A stretch of 64,000 nucleotides of DNA from Candidatus Uhrbacteria bacterium (GCA_030688135.1 JAUYIW010000067.1:23982-87981); one strand, 5' to 3'; numbered from the stretch's first letter, positions 19,645 to 29,349 are shown. The notes: a model not told the origin generated them from the sequence alone. Numbers and translations: made by a program.

Positions 19645-19668
19645 GAAAATATTTGGGCATTAGGCGGT

Positions 19669-20241
19669 TTATTTCTTTCCTTGAGTCTTCTTGGACTCTT
19701 CCCCACGTAAATTTAATGGATCCATTCTCTTTACAAATCCTCCCCATGGATCACCAATAATGTTATTGAACCATTTTGCCGCACCCCAAACCTTTTGAAA
19801 AGCAATAACCCCAACAAGCGTAGCGCCTGCCGCAAAACCACCAACAACCCCCAAAGGCTTTGCTACTTTTCTTGCGCCATATTTAACCGGCGTCTCCACC
19901 ATTAGTTTTGTACCACGCGCAGCACTACCAACAACATCCATGGCCTCAGCTCCAACATTACCTGCCTTATCGAGCACGTCAACAACATTCTCTGCAAACT
20001 GAGCCTGTTCGGGATGTGCCGCTCCGTATTCAGATGTCTTCTCCCCCGCAGCTTCGAGCGCTGCATCGCGAGCCCTAGCCGCGGCTTCAAGCGCTTTTTC
20101 CTTCACCTTACCAGCCTCTACTGCTAATTCACGAGCGGCTTGTTTAGTATCATATTTTGCAATATCCAATGTTGACGCCACTGTTTTCTCAATGGTGCTT
20201 GAATCTAAATTTGGCCTTGTTTCCGGTGATCCTGGAGTCAT
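19669..20241 (-). CDS. hypothetical Ala-rich protein with C-terminal TM helix
   Basis: 190-aa ORF. It has an Ala/Glu-rich helical region and a hydrophobic segment (PLGVVGGFAAGATLVGVIAF). No family recognised. Confidence 0.4.
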   Translation of the reverse strand: MTPGSPETRPNLDSSTIEKTVASTLDIAKYDTKQAARELAVEAGKVKEKALEAAARARDAALEAAGEKTSEYGAAHPEQAQFAENVVDVLDKAGNVGAEAMDVVGSAARGTKLMVETPVKYGARKVAKPLGVVGGFAAGATLVGVIAFQKVWGAAKWFNNIIGDPWGGFVKRMDPLNLRGEESKKTQGKK

Positions 20242-20342
20242 ATGTATATATACTACCTAAATCCTTGCATTTAGGCAAAAAAATGCTACTCTATATATAC
20301 GCCACATTATTTAATATGCTAGAGTTGGCCTTTTTGTAAACT

Positions 20343-21830
20343 ATGGCAAACGTAAGATCAGCAAAAACTCAATTTTCTATTCTAAAAGCAAAGCTTCCTA
20401 GCGACAGATATAGCGAGGAGGAGGTTGAGGTTATAAAACACGCGCACGAAGTTGCAAAGCAAGCGCACGAAGGCCAGACTCGCCTTACTGGTGCGCCATA
20501 TTTTGAGCATGCTTTTGGAACTGCCATGAAACTAGTTGATATGCAATTGCCATTCGAGGTTATTGCAGCCGGTCTTTTGCATGATGTGCTAGAAGACGCT
20601 GATATTAGTGAAGAGGAGATGAAAAAAGAGTTCGGCGAAGATATTACGAATTTAGTTAAAGGTGTTACAAAACTTGGACGAGTTCAGTACAGAGGGCTTG
20701 AGCGCTATGCCGAAAATCTACGTAAGATGTTTATTGCAATGGCTAAAGATGTCCGTGTAATCTTTATTAAGTTTGCAGACCGTATGCACAATATGGAAAC
20801 GCTTTATGTGTTGCCAGAACAAAAACGTAAACGAATTTCAAAAGAAGTTATGGAGATTTATGCTCCAATTGCCAACCGTCTTGGAATGGGAGAATATCGA
20901 GGACTATTTGAAGACTATGCTTTTAAATACCTGAATCCTAAGGAGTATAACTGGACTAAGCACTTACTTGAACAACGAGTTACAAAATTTGGTCCAGCAA
21001 TGAAGCAATCTCAAAAAGAAACCTTGGAAGCGCTCGAGGAAAATAAAATCTACCCTAATTCTCTTCATGGAAGAATTAAATACTGTCACAGCCTTTTTAG
21101 AAAACTCCAGCGCTATGACAATGACATCAATAAAGTATATGACATCGTTGCAATCCGCGTGATTGTAGACGACGTTACTGACTGCTACGCGGCGCTTGGA
21201 ATTATTCACGGCCTTTATACCCCGCTTGCTGGCAGGATTAAAGATTATATTTCTAGGCCAAAACCAAATGGATATAAGTCTTTGCATACTACTGTGTTTA
21301 GTGAAGATGGTTCAATTTTAGAATTCCAAATCCGCACACTTGAAATGCACGAGGAAGCGGAATACGGTGTGGCTGCTCATTGGCGATACAAAGAAGGACG
21401 AAAATTGCGTGAACGAAAAGTGAAATGGATGGAAGAATTAACCGAAATTCAAAAAGAAATTAGCGAAGGCGATCCGTTGGCAAAGATCGATGAACTTAAG
21501 CTAGATATGTTTAAGAATCGTATTTTTGTATTTTCGCCTAACGGTGATGTTTTTGATTTACCCGAAGCCTCTACCCCTGTGGATTTTGCATATGCCGTCC
21601 ACACCGATGTAGGAAATAAAGCATCGAGCGCTAAGGTGAATCATCAAATGGCAAACCTAGATGCTGTATTGAAATCTGGTGATATGGTTGAAATTACGGT
21701 TGATAAAAATCGAAAAACTCCAAACCCGGATTGGTTAAAATTTGTAAAAACCTCTCACGCCAGAAGCAAAATTAAAGAAGCTATAAAACGAAATCGAAAG
21801 TCATTTTTTGGAACGTTGATGAATCGATAG
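20343..21830 (+). CDS. RelA/SpoT homolog (RSH) (p)ppGpp synthetase/hydrolase, short form
   Basis: HD hydrolase motif (LLHDVLEDA). Synthetase domain (YKSLHTTV, AAHWRYKEG). TGS-like domain (GDMVEITVDKNRKTPNPDWLKFVKTSHARSKI). No ACT domain. Confidence 0.85.
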   Translation: MANVRSAKTQFSILKAKLPSDRYSEEEVEVIKHAHEVAKQAHEGQTRLTGAPYFEHAFGTAMKLVDMQLPFEVIAAGLLHDVLEDADISEEEMKKEFGEDITNLVKGVTKLGRVQYRGLERYAENLRKMFIAMAKDVRVIFIKFADRMHNMETLYVLPEQKRKRISKEVMEIYAPIANRLGMGEYRGLFEDYAFKYLNPKEYNWTKHLLEQRVTKFGPAMKQSQKETLEALEENKIYPNSLHGRIKYCHSLFRKLQRYDNDINKVYDIVAIRVIVDDVTDCYAALGIIHGLYTPLAGRIKDYISRPKPNGYKSLHTTVFSEDGSILEFQIRTLEMHEEAEYGVAAHWRYKEGRKLRERKVKWMEELTEIQKEISEGDPLAKIDELKLDMFKNRIFVFSPNGDVFDLPEASTPVDFAYAVHTDVGNKASSAKVNHQMANLDAVLKSGDMVEITVDKNRKTPNPDWLKFVKTSHARSKIKEAIKRNRKSFFGTLMNR

Positions 21831-22090
21831 AAGAACATTCAAAATGTTAAAGTCGATCAGATTAATTTTGACGATTAAAATAGAATCACCAGACCCGCCT
21901 TGTCATTACGAAGAGGCCGTTTTTCGTGACGAAGTAATCTATCTTTTCTGCCATCCTGAGGAGCTCGTAATGGATCATACGCAATTTGGGTGGAGAATGC
22001 ATAGAGGCCAAAGGTTAGCTCAACCGGTAAAAACAGCGAATCTCTTGCTTTCTACCATCTCGAACCCGACTTAACTTTCTGCTGTCGGGC

Positions 22091-22200
22091 GAGAGATCTT
22101 TCGAACCCCACCATCTCGAGGAGCTTGCAATCCACGACGAGAGATCTTTCGAACCCCACCATCTCGAGGAGCTTGCAATCCACGACGAGAGATCTTTCGC
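22091..22200. repeat. 48-bp tandem repeat, about 2.3 copies
   Basis: The unit GAGAGATCTTTCGAACCCCACCATCTCGAGGAGCTTGCAATCCACGAC is repeated head-to-tail. Confidence 0.8.
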
Positions 22201-22359
22201 GGTTCGTTGAGATCTCCGAAAGATTTCTCCTCGCGACCTACAGACTCGTCGAAATGGTAACTTTCCACTTATTAAATAGATCAAACAAATCCTAACCTGG
22301 CAGATTGGACGAGTCCTCCACCCAAATTGCGTATGACCCCTAGTAATCTGCGACGAATG

Positions 22360-22780
22360 GATCTCTCAGTCGCTTTGCTCCTTCGAGATGGTAAAGTGCG
22401 AAAAAATTGCTTTGTCGTAAACCGCGAGCTCCTAGTAATGCGTATTTTGTCTTTGCGAGGAATCTACTTATCGTGACGAAGCAAACTCTTCGGTTAGAGT
22501 GCAGAAAGATTGCTTCGGACCGAACTGCATAGTCCTCGCAATGACGAAAAAGATCTCTCAGTCGCTTCGCTCCTTCGAGATGGTAAAGTGCGAAAAAATT
22601 GCTTTGTCGTAAACCGCGAGCTCCTAGTAATGCGTATTTTGTCTTTGCGAGGAACCTGCTTATCGTGACGAAGCAAACTCTTTGGTTAGAGTTCAGAAAG
22701 ATTGCTTCGGACCGAACTGCATAGTCCTCGCAATGACGAAAAAGATCTCTCAGTCACTTTGCTCCTTCGAGATGGTGAGA
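22360..22780. repeat. 192-bp tandem repeat, about 2.2 copies
   Basis: Unit starts at 22360, 22552 and 22744 are near-identical (GATCTCTCAGTCGCTTTGCTCCTTCGAGATGGTAAAGTGCG...). They share the core GATCTCTCAGTCG..CTCCTTCGAGATGG with the MITE-like family C. Confidence 0.8.
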
Positions 22781-22883
22781 GAGAGTCGAGGGCATTCAAC
22801 TCGGTCGGGATAACAATTTAAAAACCGATCACTCGATCGGTATATTTTTGTAATATTTAGACTCTCAACTTCATTTAACAAAC

Positions 22884-22995
22884 CTCTTCAGCATCCAGAT
22901 AGATCCTTCGTCGGCTCTACCTCCTCAGGATGTCCGGCAATGCCCTCCACCTCAGCGTCGGAATAACCCCTTCGTACATCGCATAACCTCTGTGT
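22884..22995. repeat. dispersed repeat, family E, copy 2
   Basis: AGATCCTTCGTCGGCTCTACCTCCTCAGGATGTCC...CCACCTCAGCGTCGGAATAACCCCTTCG matches 6776-6925. Confidence 0.6.
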
Positions 22996-23036
22996 TACCT
23001 GCTTAACGATTCCTACTTACCCTAAACTACCCTCTC

Positions 23037-23894
23037 CTAATCTGTTAATCGATTCAATAACTCCTTAAGCTCTTCCTTTGAATAAAAATGAATCGTAATT
23101 TTACCGCTTCCGGCTTTCAAATCAACCGTAACCTTAGTACCAAGCGACTCACGCAAGTCAGCTTCCATCGCTGCTACATTCGGGTCAACTGCCTTGGCAA
23201 CTTTTGTTCGCGCTCCAGCCTTAGCTTCGGCCTGACGCACAGTCATTCCACCAGCCAGCATTTGCTTAAACAACTCATCCCTACGTAGAACATCGGACTC
23301 TGCGAGCAAAGTCCTAGCATGACTCTTTGTAATCTTTCCAGACGATAGTGCTTCAAGCATTTCATCGCTCAAATCAAGCAAGCGCACAGTATTTGCAACA
23401 TGAGGCCTACTCTTCCCCACTCGCTTTGCAACATCATCTTGAGATAGTGAAAACTGGTCAATAAGTGCCTGATAGGCCTGTGCTTCTTCAATAGGATTCA
23501 AATCTTGACGCTGAATATTTTCAATCAAAGCAAGTTCGAGCTTCTGCTGATCGTTAGCTCTGCGTATTACAACTGGAACCATTTTAAGCCCCAACATTCT
23601 TGAAGCACGAAGTCGTCGCTCGCCGGCAATAAGCTCATAAGTATCCTCGGCAATTCTAGTAACCACCAATGGTTGTAAAATTCCATGCTCTTTAATTGAG
23701 CTTAAAAGATCCTCCAAATCTGATGGAGAGAAAAATTTTCTCGGCTGATGTGGATTTTCTACAATTGAATCAACCGGCACCTCTGTCGGCTCTGCGCTCG
23801 CGGCACGACCAGCATCTGTTTCCGGTGGTGGTGCAATTTTCTGCGGTATAAGAGCTCCAAGCCCCCTACCGAGTCCTCCTGTTGGTTTTGTCAT
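23037..23894 (-). CDS. parB: chromosome partitioning protein ParB (Spo0J)
   Basis: ParB N-terminal box (LIAGERRLRASRMLG) and an HTH region. Confidence 0.88.
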   Translation of the reverse strand: MTKPTGGLGRGLGALIPQKIAPPPETDAGRAASAEPTEVPVDSIVENPHQPRKFFSPSDLEDLLSSIKEHGILQPLVVTRIAEDTYELIAGERRLRASRMLGLKMVPVVIRRANDQQKLELALIENIQRQDLNPIEEAQAYQALIDQFSLSQDDVAKRVGKSRPHVANTVRLLDLSDEMLEALSSGKITKSHARTLLAESDVLRRDELFKQMLAGGMTVRQAEAKAGARTKVAKAVDPNVAAMEADLRESLGTKVTVDLKAGSGKITIHFYSKEELKELLNRLTD

Positions 23895-24019
23895 ATCGTG
23901 GGAAATTCTAAGTCCTAAATTATAAGCTCTAAAAAAATCTTAAGTTTTAAATTCAAAAATAATTTTGGATTTTGAAATTAAAATTTATTTAGGATTTAAC
24001 GTTTCTAATTTAGAGTTTA

Positions 24020-24787
24020 CTAATTCAGGTCTTCTCGCATCAAAAACTCGCGTGCGAGGCGTTCGTATGATTTTGCGGCTTTTGAATTTGGATCGTAGTG
24101 TAAAATTGATTTTCCAAAACTTGGTGCTTCGGCTAATCGAATACTACGAGGAATTACAGAGCGGAAAATCTTTTCAGGAAAATATTTGTATAGCTCCTGT
24201 AGCACTTGATTCGAAAGTTTTGTACGTGGATCAAACATTGTGATTACCGCGCCCATAATACCAAGATCGGGCTTGAGTGACTGCCGTATTAAACCAATAG
24301 TATTCATAAGCTGTCCCAACCCTTCAAGCGCGTAGTACTCAGCTTGTACTGGAATCAATACGCTGTCTGCTGCAACAAGACCGTTAATGGTGAGCATACC
24401 TAGCGTTGGTGGATTATCGATTAGCACGTAATCGTAATCGTTTCTAACTTCGAGCAAAGCCTGATGTAACTTTTTCTCTCTGTTAAACTCATTTACAAGC
24501 TCTACGCTTGCGCCAGCTAAATTAGGACCAGCTGGCAATAAAAACAAACCTTCGTGCGCAGTTGGAACAATTAAATCCTTTGTGGGATGTGTGCCTGCCA
24601 TTGCTTCGTAAGTCCCTAGCGTATCTGAAATATCATGCCCAAAGCCACTGGAAGCATTGCCCTGAGGGTCAAGATCAACCAAAAGAACAAACTTTCCAAA
24701 GTGCGCTAAATAAGCCGCCAAGTTCATTGCCGTGGTCGACTTCCCCACTCCGCCTTTCTGATTTACTACTGAAACAATATGAGCCAT
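24020..24787 (-). CDS. parA: chromosome partitioning ATPase ParA (Soj)
   Basis: Deviant Walker A (NQKGGVGKSTTAMNLA). 255 aa. Confidence 0.9.
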   Translation of the reverse strand: MAHIVSVVNQKGGVGKSTTAMNLAAYLAHFGKFVLLVDLDPQGNASSGFGHDISDTLGTYEAMAGTHPTKDLIVPTAHEGLFLLPAGPNLAGASVELVNEFNREKKLHQALLEVRNDYDYVLIDNPPTLGMLTINGLVAADSVLIPVQAEYYALEGLGQLMNTIGLIRQSLKPDLGIMGAVITMFDPRTKLSNQVLQELYKYFPEKIFRSVIPRSIRLAEAPSFGKSILHYDPNSKAAKSYERLAREFLMREDLN

Positions 24788-24883
24788 AATCTTGTACTAG
24801 TATAGCACGAGAAATCTTAAATTTAAAATCATAAATCCTAAATAAATATGAGTGCCGTCTCTGACTTATTCCTTTTATTCCCC

Positions 24884-25010
24884 TGAATTACGAAACTCGA
24901 TGAGATTTGCGTGAACGGGCTGTCGATCCCGGTGAACCCTACTAAAACGTAGGGAGAACAGGGGCGACGGGCGCCCATGAACGCAAAGATCGCGAGTTTC
25001 GTAATTCAAG
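24884..25010. repeat. GC-rich ~130-bp structured element with terminal inverted repeats, family A copy 1
   Basis: CTGAATTACGAAACTCG...GCGTGAACGGGCTGTCGATCCCGGTGAACCCTACTAAAACGTAGGGAGAA..GGGGCGACGGGCGCCC.TGAACGCAAAGATCGCGAGTTTCGTAATTCAAG. Confidence 0.7.
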
Positions 25011-25012
25011 AT

Positions 25013-26245
25013 TTATTCGTATCTCAATGCCTCGATAGGGTCGAGCTTAGCAGCCCTACGTGCAGGATAGATTCCAAAAACTACACCAACAGTAGTAGCT
25101 ACAAATACTCCAAGAAAAACTGCGCTAATAGGAACCGTTGGCTCCCAGCCATCAAGATAATATCCTACTGCATAACTTGCTACAACTGAAAACACAACAC
25201 CAAGCACTACCCCAATGATTCCTCCAAACATAGTCAGAAGCACAGCCTCGAGTAAAAACTGCTGTAAAATCTCCTTGTACGTGGCGCCAACAGATTTACG
25301 CAAACCAATTTCTTTTGTACGCTCCGTTACAGAAACTAACATGATATTCATGATTCCAATTCCACCAACGACAAGCGAAATAGCAGCGATTGAAACTAAA
25401 AGCAAAGATAACACCGAACCAACAACGCCAATAATTTCAACAGCATCACTTTGAGACGAAACAAAGAAGTCATCTTTTTCAGGAACGCCTTCAGGATTGT
25501 CTAAATTGTGAGTATCACGAAGTGTGAAGCGCGCTTCATCCTTAGCGTTATCGATGTCTCCAATAGCCCTGGCTGAAATATACGTAACATGGTCCACTCC
25601 AAAAATATCTCTTTGCGCAGTTGTGATAGGTACCGCAATCTGTGTATCGAGATTTTGAAAAAATCTAGTACCCTGCTCTGGGAAGACCCCAATAACGCGC
25701 AGGCTCGTGCTTTTAATTTTTATGCGCTCACCAATAGGGTCCTGGTCACCAAATAAATCCACAGCAATCTCGCTACCAAGAACTGCTACCCGCGCATAAG
25801 AACCAACGTCAGATTCATCTAAAAATCTACCATTTAGAACTTCCGAAGGGAAAACATCAATGTATCCCTCTGTTGTTCCTATTACTTGTGTAAAAGTGCT
25901 TTCCTGCTCACGGCTTACTGTTGAAGTTGACTGCAAGATTGGAGTTATAGAAGAGAACACAGCTACTTTTTCCAGTGCATCAACGTCGTCTATATCGAGT
26001 GACCGCTCGATGAATGGATCTGGCGGACCAGCGGTTGGATCGCCAGCAGCAGGTTCAATAAAAACTAAATCAGCACCAAGATCAGCGACTTGATTCAAGA
26101 TTAGTCCTTCGGCGCTACGTCCCACAGAAAACATTATAATAACAGCAGCTATGCCAATAACAATCCCAAGAATAGTTAAAATTGACCGAGATTTATTGGT
26201 CTTAAGAGATGTTGATGAAGTTTCGAGTAAGTCAGACCATTTCAT
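25013..26245 (-). CDS. ABC transporter permease (FtsX/MacB family)
   Basis: N-terminal TM segment, large extracytoplasmic domain, C-terminal FtsX 4-TM domain. 410 aa. Confidence 0.8.
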   Translation of the reverse strand: MKWSDLLETSSTSLKTNKSRSILTILGIVIGIAAVIIMFSVGRSAEGLILNQVADLGADLVFIEPAAGDPTAGPPDPFIERSLDIDDVDALEKVAVFSSITPILQSTSTVSREQESTFTQVIGTTEGYIDVFPSEVLNGRFLDESDVGSYARVAVLGSEIAVDLFGDQDPIGERIKIKSTSLRVIGVFPEQGTRFFQNLDTQIAVPITTAQRDIFGVDHVTYISARAIGDIDNAKDEARFTLRDTHNLDNPEGVPEKDDFFVSSQSDAVEIIGVVGSVLSLLLVSIAAISLVVGGIGIMNIMLVSVTERTKEIGLRKSVGATYKEILQQFLLEAVLLTMFGGIIGVVLGVVFSVVASYAVGYYLDGWEPTVPISAVFLGVFVATTVGVVFGIYPARRAAKLDPIEALRYE

Positions 26246-26344
26246 AGGTGTGCGTCACAGAACTACAGACTATACAGAGCTACGGACTGACTGCCACAAT
26301 AAGTTAGTAAGTCTATAAGCCTTGTAGGCCTGTAACCAAATTTA

Positions 26345-27073
26345 TTATTTTGCAAATTTATGTGTCCTGCGCCTGCTAACAGCTTCATCTGAAACAATAT
26401 TTCCATCTCGAACTCTAACAATGCGTTTCGCAAACTCCGCAGCTTCTTGTTCATGAGTTACCATAATCACAGTATGACCTGCTTCATTCAAATTTTGAAA
26501 AATCTGTAAAATCTCAAGTCCAGATTGAGTATCTAGATTTCCAGTTGGTTCATCTGCAAAAATAATTGATGGATTATTTACAAGTGCCCTAGCGATTGCA
26601 ACACGCTGACGCTCGCCACCAGAGATTTGATTAGCAATGTGTTCTGTACGATGTCCCAACCCAACGTTTTCCAATGCCTTCTTAGCGCGCGCTATACGCT
26701 CTGGACGCGGAACTTCGGCATAGAGCATAGGAAGCATAGTGTTTTCAAGAACCGTAGTGTTAGAGATAAGATTAAAAAACTGAAATACAAATCCTACTTC
26801 GTCTCTTCGAAGATATGCTAATTCGTTGTCGCCTAATTCCGACACATCCTTACCTTTAAACCTATAGCTACCAGATGTCAGGCGATCTAGAAACCCAAGT
26901 ATATGCATAATTGTTGACTTACCTGATCCCGAAGGTCCCATAAGCGCAACAAATTCACCTTCCTCTATATCAAGAGTGACACCGTGAAGAACCGGCGTCA
27001 CTACTTCTCCATTAACATATTTTTTGGTCACGTCCTTTAATTCAATCAACGTGTTTGCCATACTAATAAACAA
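26345..27073 (-). CDS. ABC transporter ATP-binding protein (MacB/LolD-like)
   Basis: Walker A (GPSGSGKST), ABC signature (LSGGERQRVAIARAL) and Walker B (IIFADEPT). Confidence 0.88.
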   Translation of the reverse strand: MFISMANTLIELKDVTKKYVNGEVVTPVLHGVTLDIEEGEFVALMGPSGSGKSTIMHILGFLDRLTSGSYRFKGKDVSELGDNELAYLRRDEVGFVFQFFNLISNTTVLENTMLPMLYAEVPRPERIARAKKALENVGLGHRTEHIANQISGGERQRVAIARALVNNPSIIFADEPTGNLDTQSGLEILQIFQNLNEAGHTVIMVTHEQEAAEFAKRIVRVRDGNIVSDEAVSRRRTHKFAK

Positions 27074-27095
27074 TTACCAAAAGTGATTCCCGGTA

Positions 27096-28928
27096 TTAAC
27101 GAACCGTCACAATTATATCCTCCCCTTCTATAAGACCTGAAATAATTTCCACCTTTCCTTCGTCTGCTTTAAGTCCAATGTCGACTACTACTTCATCATA
27201 ATTATTTCCACGAGGAGTCCGAACATAGCGAACACCATCGCTCTCCAATACTGACCTACGAGGAACAAACAATACGTCTGCAACTTGCTCAGTTGTAATA
27301 GTAACGTCGGCCGACATTCCAGGCTTTAGTTCAAGAGGAGGGTTATCTTCTGCAAAGAAGATTCCAACTTCATAGAACACAACACCTTCAACTTTTGTTT
27401 CAGCTGGATCGATCGTTCCTACAAATCCATCAAATGATATATATTCACCAAAAGCATCGAATGTAATTGTTGCAGGATCATTTAGCGAGACCTTTGCTAT
27501 GTCAGATTCGGAAACGTCGAGCACAACCTGAAATTCATCTTCAATTGTTTGCACTGTAATGACTGACGTCGCCGGAGATGCCTGCTCGCCAATTTCGATT
27601 TCAATATTTGTTACCTTACCGTTAATTGGAGAAACAATCTCTGCCTTTGCCAAACGAGCATACGCTGCATCTAGATCGGCCTGCGACCTTCTGACATCTG
27701 CCTGATAGGCTGCTAAATCAACAGCGCGAGGATCAGCGATAAGATCGCCAAGTGTTGCTTGTGCCTTTGTAAGCGAAGCTTCTGCTTGCTCGAATGCCGC
27801 GAGCGAAGCTGCAACTTGGCTAGCTTCGGAGGCCTCAGCTTTGATTAAATCCTGTTCAGATTTTGCTAAATTGTTGCGTGCGTTATCTTCTGCGACATTG
27901 GTATCGATAATTGCATTTGCATACGATTGACGAGCGAGGAAAAATGAAGCCTCTTCATTCTGAATTTGCGTACGAGCAGAATTGATCGTAGTTTTTAGTG
28001 CCAATAAATCAGTTATTGAAAAATCAGCATCTTCTAAAATTGTCGCATCGAGAGCTTGATGAGTATAAAGAAGTGCAAGCGCCGAATCTTCAAGAGCTGT
28101 TTCAAGAAATTCAGCCGCTGCGTTAACATCAGTATCATCGGAATCTGCGCTTAACACAAAAACCGCATCCTCTGCAATGTCCCGACTAGCGCGAGCAAAG
28201 CCAAAATATCTGTTCGCGTGATATAAAGTAGAAGGATCAGCTGACGCAAGCATATCGAAAAAATCAATATTCAAGAGTCCATTTTCGATTCCTAAAACTT
28301 GATCAGCTTCGGAAAGTCCTGCGCGTATCTCTATCGTTGCCGACTTCATTGCGTTTACATAATCTTCCTTAGTGTCAGATAAATCTTGAATGTTTGAAGC
28401 AAGCACGTTAGCTAAGTCATCTTCTTTAGTATCAAGTGCAATTTCTGCAATTCGCACTGTTGCTGCCTCTGTTGCTTGAATGTGAGTGTAATCTGATTCT
28501 GCGGCAGAGAGCGCAACTTCTGCAATAGTGATGTCTGCCATTTTTACAGCAATAGCTTCTGAACCTGCTCCGGCTAATTCGAGATTTAGATTAGCATGAG
28601 CAATATCTAGCGCCTGCTCTGCCTGCCTAGCCTGAGCTCCGAGTTCATCAGCCTCCAAAACTGCCAAGTAATCTCCTATCGCAACCTCATCGCCGACATC
28701 TACAAAGATCTCTTCTACATTACCGGAAATTTGAAAAGATAGTTCAACTTTATCAAGCGATTCCAATTCTCCAGTTGCCTCAACTGTTTGTATTAGATTT
28801 CCACGAGTAACTTTATCTAGTACAAACTCTTGACCGCTCCCCTGTCTAGTTAGAACAAAAATTGCAATCACAACAATTATAACAATCACGCCAGTAACCG
28901 ATAGCCATAGCTTTTTAGGTAATTTCAT
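27096..28928 (-). CDS. HlyD/MacA-family membrane fusion (periplasmic adaptor) protein with extended coiled-coil
   Basis: N-terminal TM anchor. Biotinyl-lipoyl-like half-barrel (GDEVAIGDYLAVLEADE). Very long Ala/Glu/Gln-rich coiled coil. C-terminal beta-barrel. It is the operon partner of the two ABC genes. Confidence 0.7.
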   Translation of the reverse strand: MKLPKKLWLSVTGVIVIIVVIAIFVLTRQGSGQEFVLDKVTRGNLIQTVEATGELESLDKVELSFQISGNVEEIFVDVGDEVAIGDYLAVLEADELGAQARQAEQALDIAHANLNLELAGAGSEAIAVKMADITIAEVALSAAESDYTHIQATEAATVRIAEIALDTKEDDLANVLASNIQDLSDTKEDYVNAMKSATIEIRAGLSEADQVLGIENGLLNIDFFDMLASADPSTLYHANRYFGFARASRDIAEDAVFVLSADSDDTDVNAAAEFLETALEDSALALLYTHQALDATILEDADFSITDLLALKTTINSARTQIQNEEASFFLARQSYANAIIDTNVAEDNARNNLAKSEQDLIKAEASEASQVAASLAAFEQAEASLTKAQATLGDLIADPRAVDLAAYQADVRRSQADLDAAYARLAKAEIVSPINGKVTNIEIEIGEQASPATSVITVQTIEDEFQVVLDVSESDIAKVSLNDPATITFDAFGEYISFDGFVGTIDPAETKVEGVVFYEVGIFFAEDNPPLELKPGMSADVTITTEQVADVLFVPRRSVLESDGVRYVRTPRGNNYDEVVVDIGLKADEGKVEIISGLIEGEDIIVTVR

Positions 28929-29012
28929 AACGCAGGCACAGTATCACTAATTTGCTATATTGAAAAGAGTATATAGGTACCATAATTAGACCTTGGACAC
29001 TCTTCGAATACA

Positions 29013-29062
29013 AAAAAACGTCTCAAAAAGAGATGTTTTTTTTGGTTGCGGGGATCGAATTT
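29013..29062 (-). repeat. duplicated terminator hairpin plus truncated tRNA-Met 3' end
   Basis: AAAAAACGTCTCAAAAAGAGATGTTTTTTT followed by TGGTTGCGGGGATCGAATT duplicates 29199-29246 (the terminator plus 3' end of the tRNA-Met). The region between the copies (29060-29190) has no complete cloverleaf. Confidence 0.55.
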
Positions 29063-29198
29063 TCACATCGCTCACCTTAGTTCGCTCTCCATAAGGGCTT
29101 CCGCCCCTCTGGCGGCCAGCTAAGCTGGCCTGTCACCCCCATTAAGTAAGTGGGACATTCCCCCTTACCATCCCCCTGGTTCAAATCCTTCAAAAACA

Positions 29199-29227
29199 AA
29201 AAAACGTCTCTAAAAGAGATGTTTTTT
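29199..29227 (-). terminator. rho-independent terminator downstream of tRNA-Met (minus strand)
   Basis: ACGTCTCTAAAAGAGATGT hairpin flanked by A/T runs. Confidence 0.55.
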
Positions 29228-29304
<77 letters not shown>

Positions 29305-29349
29305 GGACGATAATACTTAAAAGCGACTATATTGTCAAGTTTATGCCTG

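Larger units (their letters stand above)
18441..19668 (+). mobile_element. putative IS1595-family insertion sequence (boundaries uncertain)
   Basis: A single transposase gene with GC clearly above its AT-rich flanks. GGCGGTTTATT occurs just before (18427-18437) and just after (19656-19666) the element. A perfect 34-bp palindrome lies near the right end. Clean terminal IRs could not be resolved by eye. Confidence 0.35.

Noticed and set aside
18452-19668. Clean terminal inverted repeats for the IS1595-like element
   Set aside because: Only weak similarity (CCCGGT...ATTTGG) was found between the two ends by eye, so the element boundaries are left approximate.
21990-22075. Possible tRNA-like sequence (..ATCTCGAACCCGAC..)
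   Set aside because: No acceptor, D-arm or anticodon-arm pairing could be formed. It is part of the repeat-family sequence.
22015-22284. ORFs of 65-89 aa translating the 48-bp tandem repeat (repeated RRGLQAPRDGGVRKIS)
   Set aside because: The periodic peptide is a by-product of the tandem DNA repeat. There is no start context, and the region is otherwise a non-coding repeat array.
24977-25189. Small ORFs inside family-A elements (also 34788..34979)
   Set aside because: The ORFs span a palindromic GC-rich repeat. The same peptide is read from opposite strands in different copies. This is not coding.
29060-29195. Possible tRNA or tmRNA between the duplicated terminator hairpins
   Set aside because: It contains a GGTTCAAATCC T-loop-like string and ends with a tRNA-Met-like acceptor fragment. 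No complete cloverleaf or tmRNA-sized structure can be built, so it is interpreted as a rearrangement remnant.
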